This document shows, piece after piece, positions 48,884 to 58,236 of a stretch of DNA of 64,000 bases. Origin of the DNA: an uncultured Armatimonadia bacterium (GTDB taxonomy: Bacteria > Armatimonadota > Zipacnadia > CAVVLO01). Position 1 is the first letter of the stretch, and each line of letters opens with the position of its first letter. The DNA is taken from assembly GCA_963749155.1 (NCBI GenBank), contig CAVVLO010000005.1:1-64000 (forward strand), in the 5' to 3' direction. Made by a program: the position numbers and the translations under genes. A model generated the notes under the pieces. That model saw only the letters and a list, made by a program, of their open reading frames with translations, searched no databases and was not told the origin of the DNA.

Positions 48884-51259
48884 ATGCATAAGTGGCTTTT
48901 TATAGGGCTTGGACTGATTCTCACCGCTTGCAGCTTTGCAGCGCAGGCTAGTGCGGGAGGACGCACAATGGACGTTGCGATTGTAACAACCGTCAGGACT
49001 TCCTGGCTGGCAGACCATGCCGCCTCGGAGCTTGCCAGCTATGTGAAGCAATTGACCGGTATAGAGGCAAGACTGGTAGGTTCTGTGCCGCCATCGGCCG
49101 AGGGCGGAGTTGTGTTAGAGCTGGTCGTTGGCCCTGCTCCCGCCGAATTGCTTGCTTTGCAAGGCTCTGATGAGCCTGAACGCCTTCGAGATGGCTTCGT
49201 AGTGCTGACTACTGGGCCGGGTCACTTACGACTGGCGGCCGCGGAGCCAATTGGGCTGCTCTACGCCGTTTACGACTATCTGGAGCGCCAGTGTGGAGTG
49301 GGCTTCTTCTGGGACGGGGAGCAAGTGCCAAAGCTCAAGGTCTTGCCGACCGAGGGTATCGCGACGGTCGAACTCCCTCGCTGGCCCAGACGCCACTTCG
49401 GCCTGTCAGATGGCTTTGGCATCACGAAATTCCACCATCACTTTCGCACCAAAGAACAACGCGAAGCCATACTCGACTGGATGGCCAAGCGCAGGCTGAA
49501 CCTTACTGCGGCCGTTTTGATGCCCCAAATAGCAAGTGGGGGAGAGTCTTCGACGCGCGTCTATGGGCTGGATGACACCGTACCTGACAACTGGACCTAT
49601 TCAGGTTGGCCTGGCGCGCTGGATTTCCCCGCGAAAACGCGAACCAAACTGACCAAGGACCAACTCGATTATGGTCGCGAGCGGGGCATAAAGTGGTTTT
49701 ATTACCTGAGTTATGGCAGCCTGCCGCACCAGTTCCGCGAAACCCATCCTGAACTGAGGCTGGTCGGCAACCTCGGCTATTCGGCGACGATGCTCTATCC
49801 CGATGATCCAGAGGCCGCCCGCTGGACAGAGGCTTTCTACCGCGACCTTATTGAAACTTATGGTACCGACCATATCTACCAGGACACCCCCTTCGTCGAA
49901 TCGACTGGCGCCAGCAGCCCCGAGGAGTCCTTCGAGCTGAAGCTTAAGGCCGCAAAGCTAATGTGTGAGTCGTTCAAGAAGCTCGATCCGCAAGCCGTCT
50001 GGCAAAGTGATTCGTGGGACTTCAGCGCGGTGCCAAGTGTCTGGACCGATGAACGCATCAAGCGCTATTTCGAGAGTCTGCCGCGAGATATGATGTTCTT
50101 CTACGACACCGTGTGCGACTGGGCGCCTTTCTACGAGCGCACCAACTATTTCCACGGCACTGATTGGTCTTTTGGCATCCTGCATTCTTTCCAGGGAGAT
50201 GACCATCTGCATGGCAACCTGGCCGACCTGGCCGCCAGGATGAAAGCCACTTCACAAGACCCCAAAGCTACTGGCTGCAAGGGCGTCTATCAGATACCCG
50301 AGATAACAGGGCACAACTTGCTGTTCTTTGATGCCATCTCCGAGATGGCCTGGGCGCCGGATAGCTTCGAAGTGGATGAGTTTCTCACCCAGTATGCGAC
50401 TCGCAGGTACGGGAAAGAAGAAGGCAAGCGGCTAGAGCCTGCCCTTGAAGCGCTTGTGAAGGCCGTTTACAGTGGCGGCGGGTGGATGCCCATCTACAAG
50501 AAGCTCGGGTGCTGGTATGGCACCTGGTGGTGGCCTATTGTCGGTGAGAAAGAAGTAGACGACAAGCCTGAAGGCATGCCGGTTGAATTCGAAGCACTCC
50601 ATAACGCAGTTGAGATTGCTCTTTCACGAAGCGAGCAGTCAGGAGATAATCCATTATATGTAACTGACCTGGCCGACTGGGCGCGCACCTATCTGCAGTA
50701 TGTTTTTAATTGGGCGGTGCTTGATGCTTACAAGGCCCTGCGCCAGGGCGATGCGGCGCGCGTGCATACGGACTCGGCAATATGCCGTGCGGTGCTGAAG
50801 CGACTTGAGGCTATCCTCTCGACGCAACCGAGTTACCATCTGCAGCCCCAAATCGAGCGCGTGATGGCCGTGCCTGGCGTCAATCCCTATACGGAGTGGT
50901 TTATCAAGCAGCACCAGATCAACGATCTCTATGCCTCGAATGAGCTATTCGAGCAGCTTCACTGGTATTACGGCCCGCGGATGGAAGTCTACTTGCGCGA
51001 GCTGGAGGCTCGAGCCGATCGAGGCGAGACAAAGCTCGAATGGGCTGACATCCAGGCTGAGTGTGACGTCATCCAGCAGCGCTGGCTCGGTGAGTCCATA
51101 GCGGTGCCTGAGTCTGAGTGGTTCCAGGGCGGCACGATTGAGGCAGTCGAGGCTGCCTGGCAGGCCTTCGGCGACTTCAGGCCGGTGACCGACCTGACCG
51201 AGGGCGGCAGCAGCGCCAGCCTGCGCGAACTCGGTAATGTGCAGGATACAAGCAACTAG
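48884..51259 (+). CDS. Alpha-N-acetylglucosaminidase-like protein (GH89-like)
   Basis: Signal peptide, GLLYAVYDYL, LDWMA...LN, YGTDHIY.DTPF.E, W..DSWDF. This is NAGLU-type TIM barrel order. Confidence 0.65.
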   Translation: MHKWLFIGLGLILTACSFAAQASAGGRTMDVAIVTTVRTSWLADHAASELASYVKQLTGIEARLVGSVPPSAEGGVVLELVVGPAPAELLALQGSDEPERLRDGFVVLTTGPGHLRLAAAEPIGLLYAVYDYLERQCGVGFFWDGEQVPKLKVLPTEGIATVELPRWPRRHFGLSDGFGITKFHHHFRTKEQREAILDWMAKRRLNLTAAVLMPQIASGGESSTRVYGLDDTVPDNWTYSGWPGALDFPAKTRTKLTKDQLDYGRERGIKWFYYLSYGSLPHQFRETHPELRLVGNLGYSATMLYPDDPEAARWTEAFYRDLIETYGTDHIYQDTPFVESTGASSPEESFELKLKAAKLMCESFKKLDPQAVWQSDSWDFSAVPSVWTDERIKRYFESLPRDMMFFYDTVCDWAPFYERTNYFHGTDWSFGILHSFQGDDHLHGNLADLAARMKATSQDPKATGCKGVYQIPEITGHNLLFFDAISEMAWAPDSFEVDEFLTQYATRRYGKEEGKRLEPALEALVKAVYSGGGWMPIYKKLGCWYGTWWWPIVGEKEVDDKPEGMPVEFEALHNAVEIALSRSEQSGDNPLYVTDLADWARTYLQYVFNWAVLDAYKALRQGDAARVHTDSAICRAVLKRLEAILSTQPSYHLQPQIERVMAVPGVNPYTEWFIKQHQINDLYASNELFEQLHWYYGPRMEVYLRELEARADRGETKLEWADIQAECDVIQQRWLGESIAVPESEWFQGGTIEAVEAAWQAFGDFRPVTDLTEGGSSASLRELGNVQDTSN

Positions 51260-51261
51260 GC

Positions 51262-51288
51262 AAGAGGGGCTCTGGGGAGCCCCTCTTT
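51262..51288. terminator. Intrinsic terminator between convergent genes
   Basis: AAGAGGGGCTC-tggg-GAGCCCCTCTT. Confidence 0.75.
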
Positions 51289-51302
51289 ATGGGTTTACCT
51301 GC

Positions 51303-52692
51303 CTAGTTGCGGTCGAAGTGCACGCCAGGGATGAGCCTGGCTTCCCAGTCATCGGCCAGCAGTCGCTCGTGGTCGGCGATGACGTCGGCATAGCGGGCCT
51401 CACCCGCCAGGTTGCGCCTCTCCCACGGGTCGTCCACCATATCGAACAGCAGGTGCTCGGGCATTACGCGGTAATCCTCGCCGCGTCCCTGCACAAATTG
51501 GGTCGCGGAGCCATCCGAGATATGCACGAAGGGCGCATCAGGCTTGTTGCTGAATTCGTAGCGCTTCACGTACTTGTACCGCTGGGTGCGGATTACCCGG
51601 CCAGTGTGCTGGAATTCCGAGCAGACATTATCGCGCCACTGGCTCGGTTGACGACCTTCCAGCAGCGGCCGCAGCGATCTGCCGCGCGCGTGGGGCACAT
51701 CGGGGATATCCAGATAGTCGCATAGCGTGCTGGCGATATCGAGCTGACAGGTAAGATGGCTGCCATCTACCAGCCCTGCTTCTATATGGCCAGGCCAGTA
51801 GAACAGCATCGGGACCTTCGTGGATTCATCATAGGGATGCCACTTCTGTACACGCTGATGGCGGGCGCAGCCCTCCCCGTGGTCCGAGGTAAAGACCACC
51901 AGCGTATCGCCTCCGCGGTCATCCACTGCATCCAGCATCCGCCCTACATCAGCATCTACCCATTCCACCATACGGAAATACTGGTACATATAGTTGCGCC
52001 ACTGTTCCTCGCTCGAGAAGCCTCCGTACCGGTTGGGAGCTGGTTCGGCAAAGTCATAATTGTAGTTGGGCGGCAGGGGTGGGCGGCGGTCACCGAGCCC
52101 GAACACATCTTCTCCGGGCGTCGTCACATCACCCGAGAGAGCCCGAGTGTAGTAGCAGATGTCATGAGGATTCGAGCAGTCCAGCCACTGCGAAGAAGGG
52201 CCGGTCCTCGCGCCAGTTGCGCATAAGGGCTGCAAGACTTGTTGAGATCTCATAATCTTGCACCTGGCCGTCGCCATAACACATTATGGGGATGGCTTCA
52301 AAGCCGGGTATCCGATGCGGTCCCTCGAGTTGAGGATTGCCCCACTTGCCCCCTGCATGCCATTTGCCGCAATAGATACTGCGAAGGTCTGAATAGGACT
52401 CGAACCATTGCGCCAGGTTGGGCACCTTGCGGTCGATGCCAATTTCATTGCGCGTTACGCCGGTTTCGAGAGGCATCCTGCCGGTGAAGATTGCACTGCG
52501 GGCAGGAGAGCAGACAGGATTGACGCTGTGATTCAGCAGAAAGGAAGTGCCTCCGGCCACCATCCGGTCGAGGTTGGGTGTTTCGACCCAATGGCACCCC
52601 CAGGCAGGGTCGTGGAAATACTGCCTGTAGGCGCTGATTGCATCGAGGCACAGTTGATCACTGACGATTACGAGGAGGTTTGGTTGTGTCAT
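51303..52692 (-). CDS. Cys-type (formylglycine) sulfatase, copy 1 (frameshift ~52180)
   Basis: PNLLVIVSDQ, TPNLD, CSPARSAIFTG (CxPxR), GKWH, FTSDHGE, LFDMVDDPWE. Confidence 0.88.
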
Positions 52693-53627
52693 CAGCTCCC
52701 ACCTCCTGCAGGTTGCTGGCGAAAATCCGCTACCTTGATCGCCTGGTCATCGTAGGGTAACCGCTGGCCAGTCTCGTCATGCAACACCCACAGGTTGAGG
52801 CCGCTGAAGCAGAGGAGGGCGCGTCCGGCTTCATCAACCCAGTAGACAGTTGGGTAGGACATTCCCCTCCCTGTGTGCGCATAACCTGTCAGCACCTGGG
52901 GACCGCTTGCAAGCTGGAGTCTGAGCTGCTTATGGAAAGTCAGACTCTGGGCTGGCCAGAGTTGGTCGAACTCGTCCACCAGGGTGAAGTCCAGCCTTTG
53001 GGCCTGGTCTCTTTCCAGGCGCTGCACCGCCTCGAACAGGCACCATCTCAGCGTAAAAGGTTCTGAAAGGGGATAGGTACGTTTTCGCACGCCATGATCG
53101 AGTTCGATGGTCCTCCCTGCTACCTTGCCAGTAGTCTTGCCACCGGTATACAGATATGGAGGCTGATCGATTTTTAGAGCCATCTTTGTGGTAGCAAGCC
53201 AGTTGCGGGGTGTGCCCAGAGTATTGCTCAAACAATCGGCCTGTAACTGAACAAAGTGAGAATAAGCCGAAAGGCCTGGGCGCCGGCAAGCCCCACTAAG
53301 CCTGTGGCCCCCAGGGACAGGTGTGCGACTGAGCACCAGTTCAGCCTCATGTCTCAGCAGCCCCGAGGTCCAGGTATAGATATAGTAATTGTGTACCCAG
53401 CCGCCTTCGGGCTCGAAGCCACTTGCTGGAAGCTCATAGGTTTCGATGATTCGGCGAAGTGCCCTCAGGGTGAAGTCGTCGGAAGGGTCATCAAATCCGC
53501 CTGGGCTCGGTGACTGGGCCAAAGCTTCGAGGCTGAATCCTCCAAGCCCCAGGGCCGCCAGCCCAAGCCCTAGTCCTTTGCAAAAATCTTTGCGAGTAAG
53601 GCCCTCGCGCTGGTTGTTGCTTGCCAT
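52692..53627 (-). CDS. Hypothetical exported protein with Tat-like leader, copy 1
   Basis: LTRKDFCK + hydrophobic stretch + ALA|Q. Stop overlaps the sulfatase start (TGATG). Confidence 0.7.
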   Translation of the reverse strand: MASNNQREGLTRKDFCKGLGLGLAALGLGGFSLEALAQSPSPGGFDDPSDDFTLRALRRIIETYELPASGFEPEGGWVHNYYIYTWTSGLLRHEAELVLSRTPVPGGHRLSGACRRPGLSAYSHFVQLQADCLSNTLGTPRNWLATTKMALKIDQPPYLYTGGKTTGKVAGRTIELDHGVRKRTYPLSEPFTLRWCLFEAVQRLERDQAQRLDFTLVDEFDQLWPAQSLTFHKQLRLQLASGPQVLTGYAHTGRGMSYPTVYWVDEAGRALLCFSGLNLWVLHDETGQRLPYDDQAIKVADFRQQPAGGGS

Positions 53628-53657
53628 TTTTCCACCTCTGTGCGGGTTGTTCGTACT

Positions 53658-55041
53658 CTAGTTGCGGTCGAAGTGGACGCCAGGTATCAGCCTGGCTTCC
53701 CATTCGTCTCGCAAAATCCGCTCGTGGTCAGCGATGATCTCGGCATAGCCGGCCTCATTTATCAGGTTGTGCCTCTCCCAGGGATCTTCGACCATATCAA
53801 AGAGCAGCCTCTGGGGCATCACTCGATAGTCCGCCCCGTGGCCTGGCTCGAACTGCGTTGCCACGCCATCCGAGACGCGCACAAAAGGCGCATCTTCCTG
53901 GCCACTGTATTCATAGCGCCTTACGTATTTGTAGCGCTGGGTGCGGATCATCCGCCCTGTATACTGGAACTCGGAGTAGACGTTATCGCGCCATCCACCC
54001 TCAGCGCGCCCTTCCAGTAGTGGACGCAGAGAGCTGCCGCGCGCGTTGGGTACCTCAGGGATGTCGAAATAGTCACAGAGAGTGCTGGCGATATCCACCC
54101 CGCAGGCAAGGTGGCTCTCATCTACCAGCCCTTGCTGGATATGGCCAGGCCAGTAGAAGACCAGCGGTACTTTCATAGACTCATCATAGGGATGCCACTT
54201 CTGCACGCGTTGGTGCCTGCCACAGCCTTCGCCATGATCCGAGGTAAAGACGACCAGCGTGTCATCGTCGCGTTCATCTACTGCCTTCAGCAGCCGGCCT
54301 ACGTCCGCATCGAGCCATTCCACCATACGGAAATACTGGTAAAGATAGTTGCGCCATTGTTCCTCTTCGAACAACGTGTACCGGTTGGGTGCACGGCTCT
54401 GGGAAGTCATAGTTGTAGTTGGGAGGCAGGATTGGGCGCTTTTCGCCAAGCTCGAAGATATCATCGGGAGGAGTGAGCACGTCACCCGAAAGCCACTTGC
54501 TGTAATAGCAAATGTCGTGCGGATTATGCAGACCAGCGACTGCGAAGAAGGGCCGAGACTCTCGCCAGTTGCGTATCAGGGCTGCGATGCTGGTGGAGAT
54601 TTCATAATCTTGCACCTGGCCATCCGAGTTGGCAGTAGGTATGGCTTCGAAGCCTGGAATCTGGCGGGGGCCTGTAAGTTCGGCGTTGCACCAGTTGCCG
54701 CCCGCGTGCCACTTGCCGCAGTAGATGCTTCGATGGTCGGTATGGGCAGCGAACCACTGGCCCAGGTTTGGCACCTCGCGATCAATGCCTACCACGTTGC
54801 GCGTAACACCTGTCTCGATGGCCATCCTGCCTGTGAAAAGACAACTGCGGGCTGGAGAGCAGACTGGATTTACGCTGTGACTCAGCAGGAAAGAAGTCCC
54901 GTTTGAAATCATCCGATCGAGGTTGGGAGTATCAACCCAGTGGCAGCCCCAGGCAGGATCGGTGAAGTAGGGCTTGTAACCGCTGATTGCATCCAGACAA
55001 AGCTGGTCACAGACGATGAAGAGGACATTGGGCCGACTCAT
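53658..55041 (-). CDS. Cys-type sulfatase, copy 2 (frameshift ~54390)
   Basis: PNVLFIVCDQ, CSPARSCLFTG, GKWH, FTSDHGE. Closely parallel to copy 1, with identical C-terminus ARLIPGVHFDRN. Confidence 0.88.
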
Positions 55042-55979
55042 CAGCGCCCACCTCCCGCAGGCTGCTGGCGGAAATCAGCTACCTTGATGCCCTTGTCATC
55101 GTAGGGGATTGCGACACCGTTCTCCTCGCGCAGTACCCAGACGTCCATCCCACTGAAGCAAAGCACCAGGCGTCCTGACTCATCTACCCAATACACGGTT
55201 GGATAAGATATCCCCCTGCCAGTGTGCGCATAACCGGTTAGTACCTGGGGGCCGGTTGCGAGCTGCAGCCTTAGCTGATTATGGAAGTACAGAAGCTGAT
55301 TCGGGAACAGGGAGTCATATTCGTCCACCAAAGTGAAATCCAGAGGTCTGGTGGCAGGACCGGCAAGTCGCTGTACAGCCTCGAACAGGCACCAGCGCAG
55401 GGTATAAGGCTGAGAGAGCTGATACCGACTTGGCCCCCCGCCCTGGTCAATCTCGATTGCCCTGCCAGTTGACTTGCCTGTGGCCCGCCCCTCAGTCATC
55501 AGGTAAGCTGGCTGGTCAACTGCAGTGGCCATCTTCGAGGTCGCCTTCCAACTGCGCGCAGTGCCGAGGGAGTTGGCAAGACAGTCGGCTTCGAGCTGGA
55601 TGAAGTGCGAATAGCCCGACAGGCCAGGCCTGTTGCAGCAGCCTGTCAGCAGATGACCCGCTGGCGCGCGCATACGGGCAAGAGCCAGTTCGGAGTTCTG
55701 CTTCCACAAGAGGGCTGGAGCCCAAGAATAGATAGTGTATGTGTGAGTCCAGTCTCCGCGCGGATCGAAGTCGTTATCCGGCAGCTCATAAGTCTCGAAT
55801 ATCCGGCGAAGCGCCCTCAGGGTGAAGTCGCTGGCGGGGCTGTCCAGCGCGCCCCCCTCAGGCTCCTGGGCCAGCGCTTCCAGGCTGAGACTCCCCAGCC
55901 CCAGAGCCGCAAGGCCGACTGCGACCCTCTTGCAGAAGTCTGCTCGAGTTAGACTCTTCCGCTCCTGTTCACTTGCCAT
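55041..55979 (-). CDS. Hypothetical exported protein with Tat-like leader, copy 2
   Basis: LTRADFCK leader. Paralogue of 52692-53627, sharing DFTLRALRRI, TLRWCLFEAVQRL and YPTVYWVDE. Confidence 0.7.
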   Translation of the reverse strand: MASEQERKSLTRADFCKRVAVGLAALGLGSLSLEALAQEPEGGALDSPASDFTLRALRRIFETYELPDNDFDPRGDWTHTYTIYSWAPALLWKQNSELALARMRAPAGHLLTGCCNRPGLSGYSHFIQLEADCLANSLGTARSWKATSKMATAVDQPAYLMTEGRATGKSTGRAIEIDQGGGPSRYQLSQPYTLRWCLFEAVQRLAGPATRPLDFTLVDEYDSLFPNQLLYFHNQLRLQLATGPQVLTGYAHTGRGISYPTVYWVDESGRLVLCFSGMDVWVLREENGVAIPYDDKGIKVADFRQQPAGGGR

Positions 55980-58236
55980 TGGTGCTCCTCTTACTGGCCA
56001 GATTAATGGCTTCTAGTCGAAGTTGCTCTGGAGCAAGGCCCTGCCGGAATCGCTCTACGAGGGCCTCCACCTGCTTTCCGTGTCCTTGATCGCGCAGCAG
56101 GCAAAGCAGACAGTAGTCCTCATAGCCTTCACGGACAGCCTCTGACTGCCTTGTGGGAATCGGTCCGGAAGGCCCCGGGTAGACCACCTGGTAATCGGGC
56201 AGGTCTTCACCGAAGGTGGAAGAGTCGAAGTCGCTCCAGGGATTGCCGCGCGGGGCATAATATGAATAGAATCCCCATCCGTTGAACTCATGCGCGAAAG
56301 CTTCCCAGGCGAGCCGGCGATAGAGCTCTACCTCAGGGCGATTTTCGCTCTTCGCAGACTGGGAGGCCACCGTGTAGTGGGCGTTTATCAGACGGGGTGT
56401 AGAGAACAGTCTGCTAGTCTCGGACTTGTCCAGCAGCATGGTAAAGGGGCAGGAGACATCTACTGCCTCTTTGTACCAGTCCCCAAGTAGCTGCTCGACT
56501 TCAGGTGCGGGCACAATCAGGTCTTCGCCACCCACCCAAAAGGAGGGATTGCAGTAGATTCGTATCCGTGGGTCAAGCTTGCGCACCAGTGCGGCGAAAG
56601 CCCCGCAAAGGCGCGCGTTGCTGCGTCCTGGCTCATCCCACAGCTCGATATACCAGTCGTCGAAGTCTAGCCCAAGCTCTGTGGCTTTGGCTACATGCTG
56701 CTGCAGCAGTGCTGCGATTTCGGCCTCGACTTCGGGAGTGATGTCTTCGGGGGTGAGTTGGCTGTTATAGCCCTTATGGCCCCAGTCACCTAGCCCCCAG
56801 ATATGGAAGAAGGGCTTGCCATGCGCTCTGGCAAGGGCCGCGTCGGTGCCCGGCTCGGGCCACTGGCCCCAGACACTTGCACCCAGTCTCACCTTGTAAT
56901 CGACTTCTCTTTGTTGCCGGTCCGAGTAAACGAAGGGGAACATCCCAGTCGTACCGCTCCAGGTCTGCAGCCAGAGACGGGGTGAGGGAAGAGTGACATC
57001 CAACACATCAAGTCCGACTGTCAGCGGTTTCAGTCCAGTACCGCCGAACCGGACTTCATATTGGCCCGGTGTCGCCTGCCACGAGGTAAAGCTCAGCCAA
57101 AGTACAACCGACTCACAAGGACCGAGGGTGACAGTGGGCAGTTCGAGCAATTGTTCTGCGTTGGTCAGATAACGTTTCATCAGTCCTGGGGCCATAACAT
57201 CGCCAGGCGCGAATAAAGGACCAAGGCTTATCCCATACCAGCGTGAAGGGATGGCGCCAAAAGCCCGCCACTGACAACTTAAGGCTGCCTCGGGGCGAAG
57301 TGTGCCAAATCCAAGCTCATAGCTGCGAGTCTCCGTCAACGAGGGGTTAGTCAAGGCGACGGCAAGCCCTTCGGTCTCGTTGCGGGTCATTTTTAGACTC
57401 ACTTTAGACGCCAACTCAGAGGGGCCTGGCAGGATCGGTTTAGCCGAAAGTGCCTCCCAACTGGGTAACAGCGACCAGAGACCCTGGTTGGTAATCTCCT
57501 TTCCGAGCGTGGTACGCCAGGCCCAGGCTTGTGCATCTGAGAAAGCAGTTTTTGAGATACCTGGTACAGAGCACAGTGCCACCCCCTGCCCTGGCGCTGG
57601 TCTTTCGCCAACGGGCCGGATGACCTCAGGATACTCCTCAGAGACGACTGCATCACCCCAGACCCATACCTCGTCAAGCCAGGTGATACCTTCTGCCTGG
57701 GCAGTAAGGCGCAGATAGCGTCCGGCTCCAGGCGAGGGCAAGATGAGTCGCTGTAATTCGCTATCAGGACTCTCAGTGAGTGATCTGGCGCTAGCAAGCT
57801 GCCATTCCTCCTCAGGAGACCTGCGTGTCTCAATCTTCAAGGCCAGAGGGTGTGAACGTGCGCTTACATCAACTTCGATGAACTGACAGGGGCGCTTGAA
57901 GTCGAAGACGACTACCAACGGTTGGTTCGAGATACCTGCTGACGTCCACCAGTTGCCGACTGGTAGCCCATCCAGCAGCCGCCGGCCAAACTGGGCCTTG
58001 TCATCTTTCAGCCAGTCGCCTGGATTATCCGGTTCGACCTGATAGCGGTAATCAACGCCAGTGAGGACTGCTGGTCCCCACCAGCCCTCGTTATCGGTGA
58101 GCAGCTTTCCTGGAGGGCTGTTCTCGGCGTCTGTGCTGCCATCATACCAAACACGCCCGGCCACCCCAGGCAAGCACGTGAATAATCCAAGCAGCACTAC
58201 AAGCACGAGTTCCATGGCCCTCAGGCTTCCTCTCAT
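55969..58236 (-). CDS. Secreted protein with discoidin/F5-8-like domain and DUF4091/GH123-like TIM barrel
   Basis: Signal peptide, RRLLDG...VVFDF...GRYLRL, WDEP, and C-terminal VYPG..GPIPTRQSEAVREGYEDY..L. Confidence 0.55.
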   Translation of the reverse strand: MRGSLRAMELVLVVLLGLFTCLPGVAGRVWYDGSTDAENSPPGKLLTDNEGWWGPAVLTGVDYRYQVEPDNPGDWLKDDKAQFGRRLLDGLPVGNWWTSAGISNQPLVVVFDFKRPCQFIEVDVSARSHPLALKIETRRSPEEEWQLASARSLTESPDSELQRLILPSPGAGRYLRLTAQAEGITWLDEVWVWGDAVVSEEYPEVIRPVGERPAPGQGVALCSVPGISKTAFSDAQAWAWRTTLGKEITNQGLWSLLPSWEALSAKPILPGPSELASKVSLKMTRNETEGLAVALTNPSLTETRSYELGFGTLRPEAALSCQWRAFGAIPSRWYGISLGPLFAPGDVMAPGLMKRYLTNAEQLLELPTVTLGPCESVVLWLSFTSWQATPGQYEVRFGGTGLKPLTVGLDVLDVTLPSPRLWLQTWSGTTGMFPFVYSDRQQREVDYKVRLGASVWGQWPEPGTDAALARAHGKPFFHIWGLGDWGHKGYNSQLTPEDITPEVEAEIAALLQQHVAKATELGLDFDDWYIELWDEPGRSNARLCGAFAALVRKLDPRIRIYCNPSFWVGGEDLIVPAPEVEQLLGDWYKEAVDVSCPFTMLLDKSETSRLFSTPRLINAHYTVASQSAKSENRPEVELYRRLAWEAFAHEFNGWGFYSYYAPRGNPWSDFDSSTFGEDLPDYQVVYPGPSGPIPTRQSEAVREGYEDYCLLCLLRDQGHGKQVEALVERFRQGLAPEQLRLEAINLASKRSTNGK

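Larger units (their letters stand above)
51303..55985 (-). repeat. Diverged tandem duplication of a ~2.35-kb two-gene unit
   Basis: ctagttgcggtcgaagtg at 51303 and 53658. Collinear paralogous ORFs. Confidence 0.88.
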
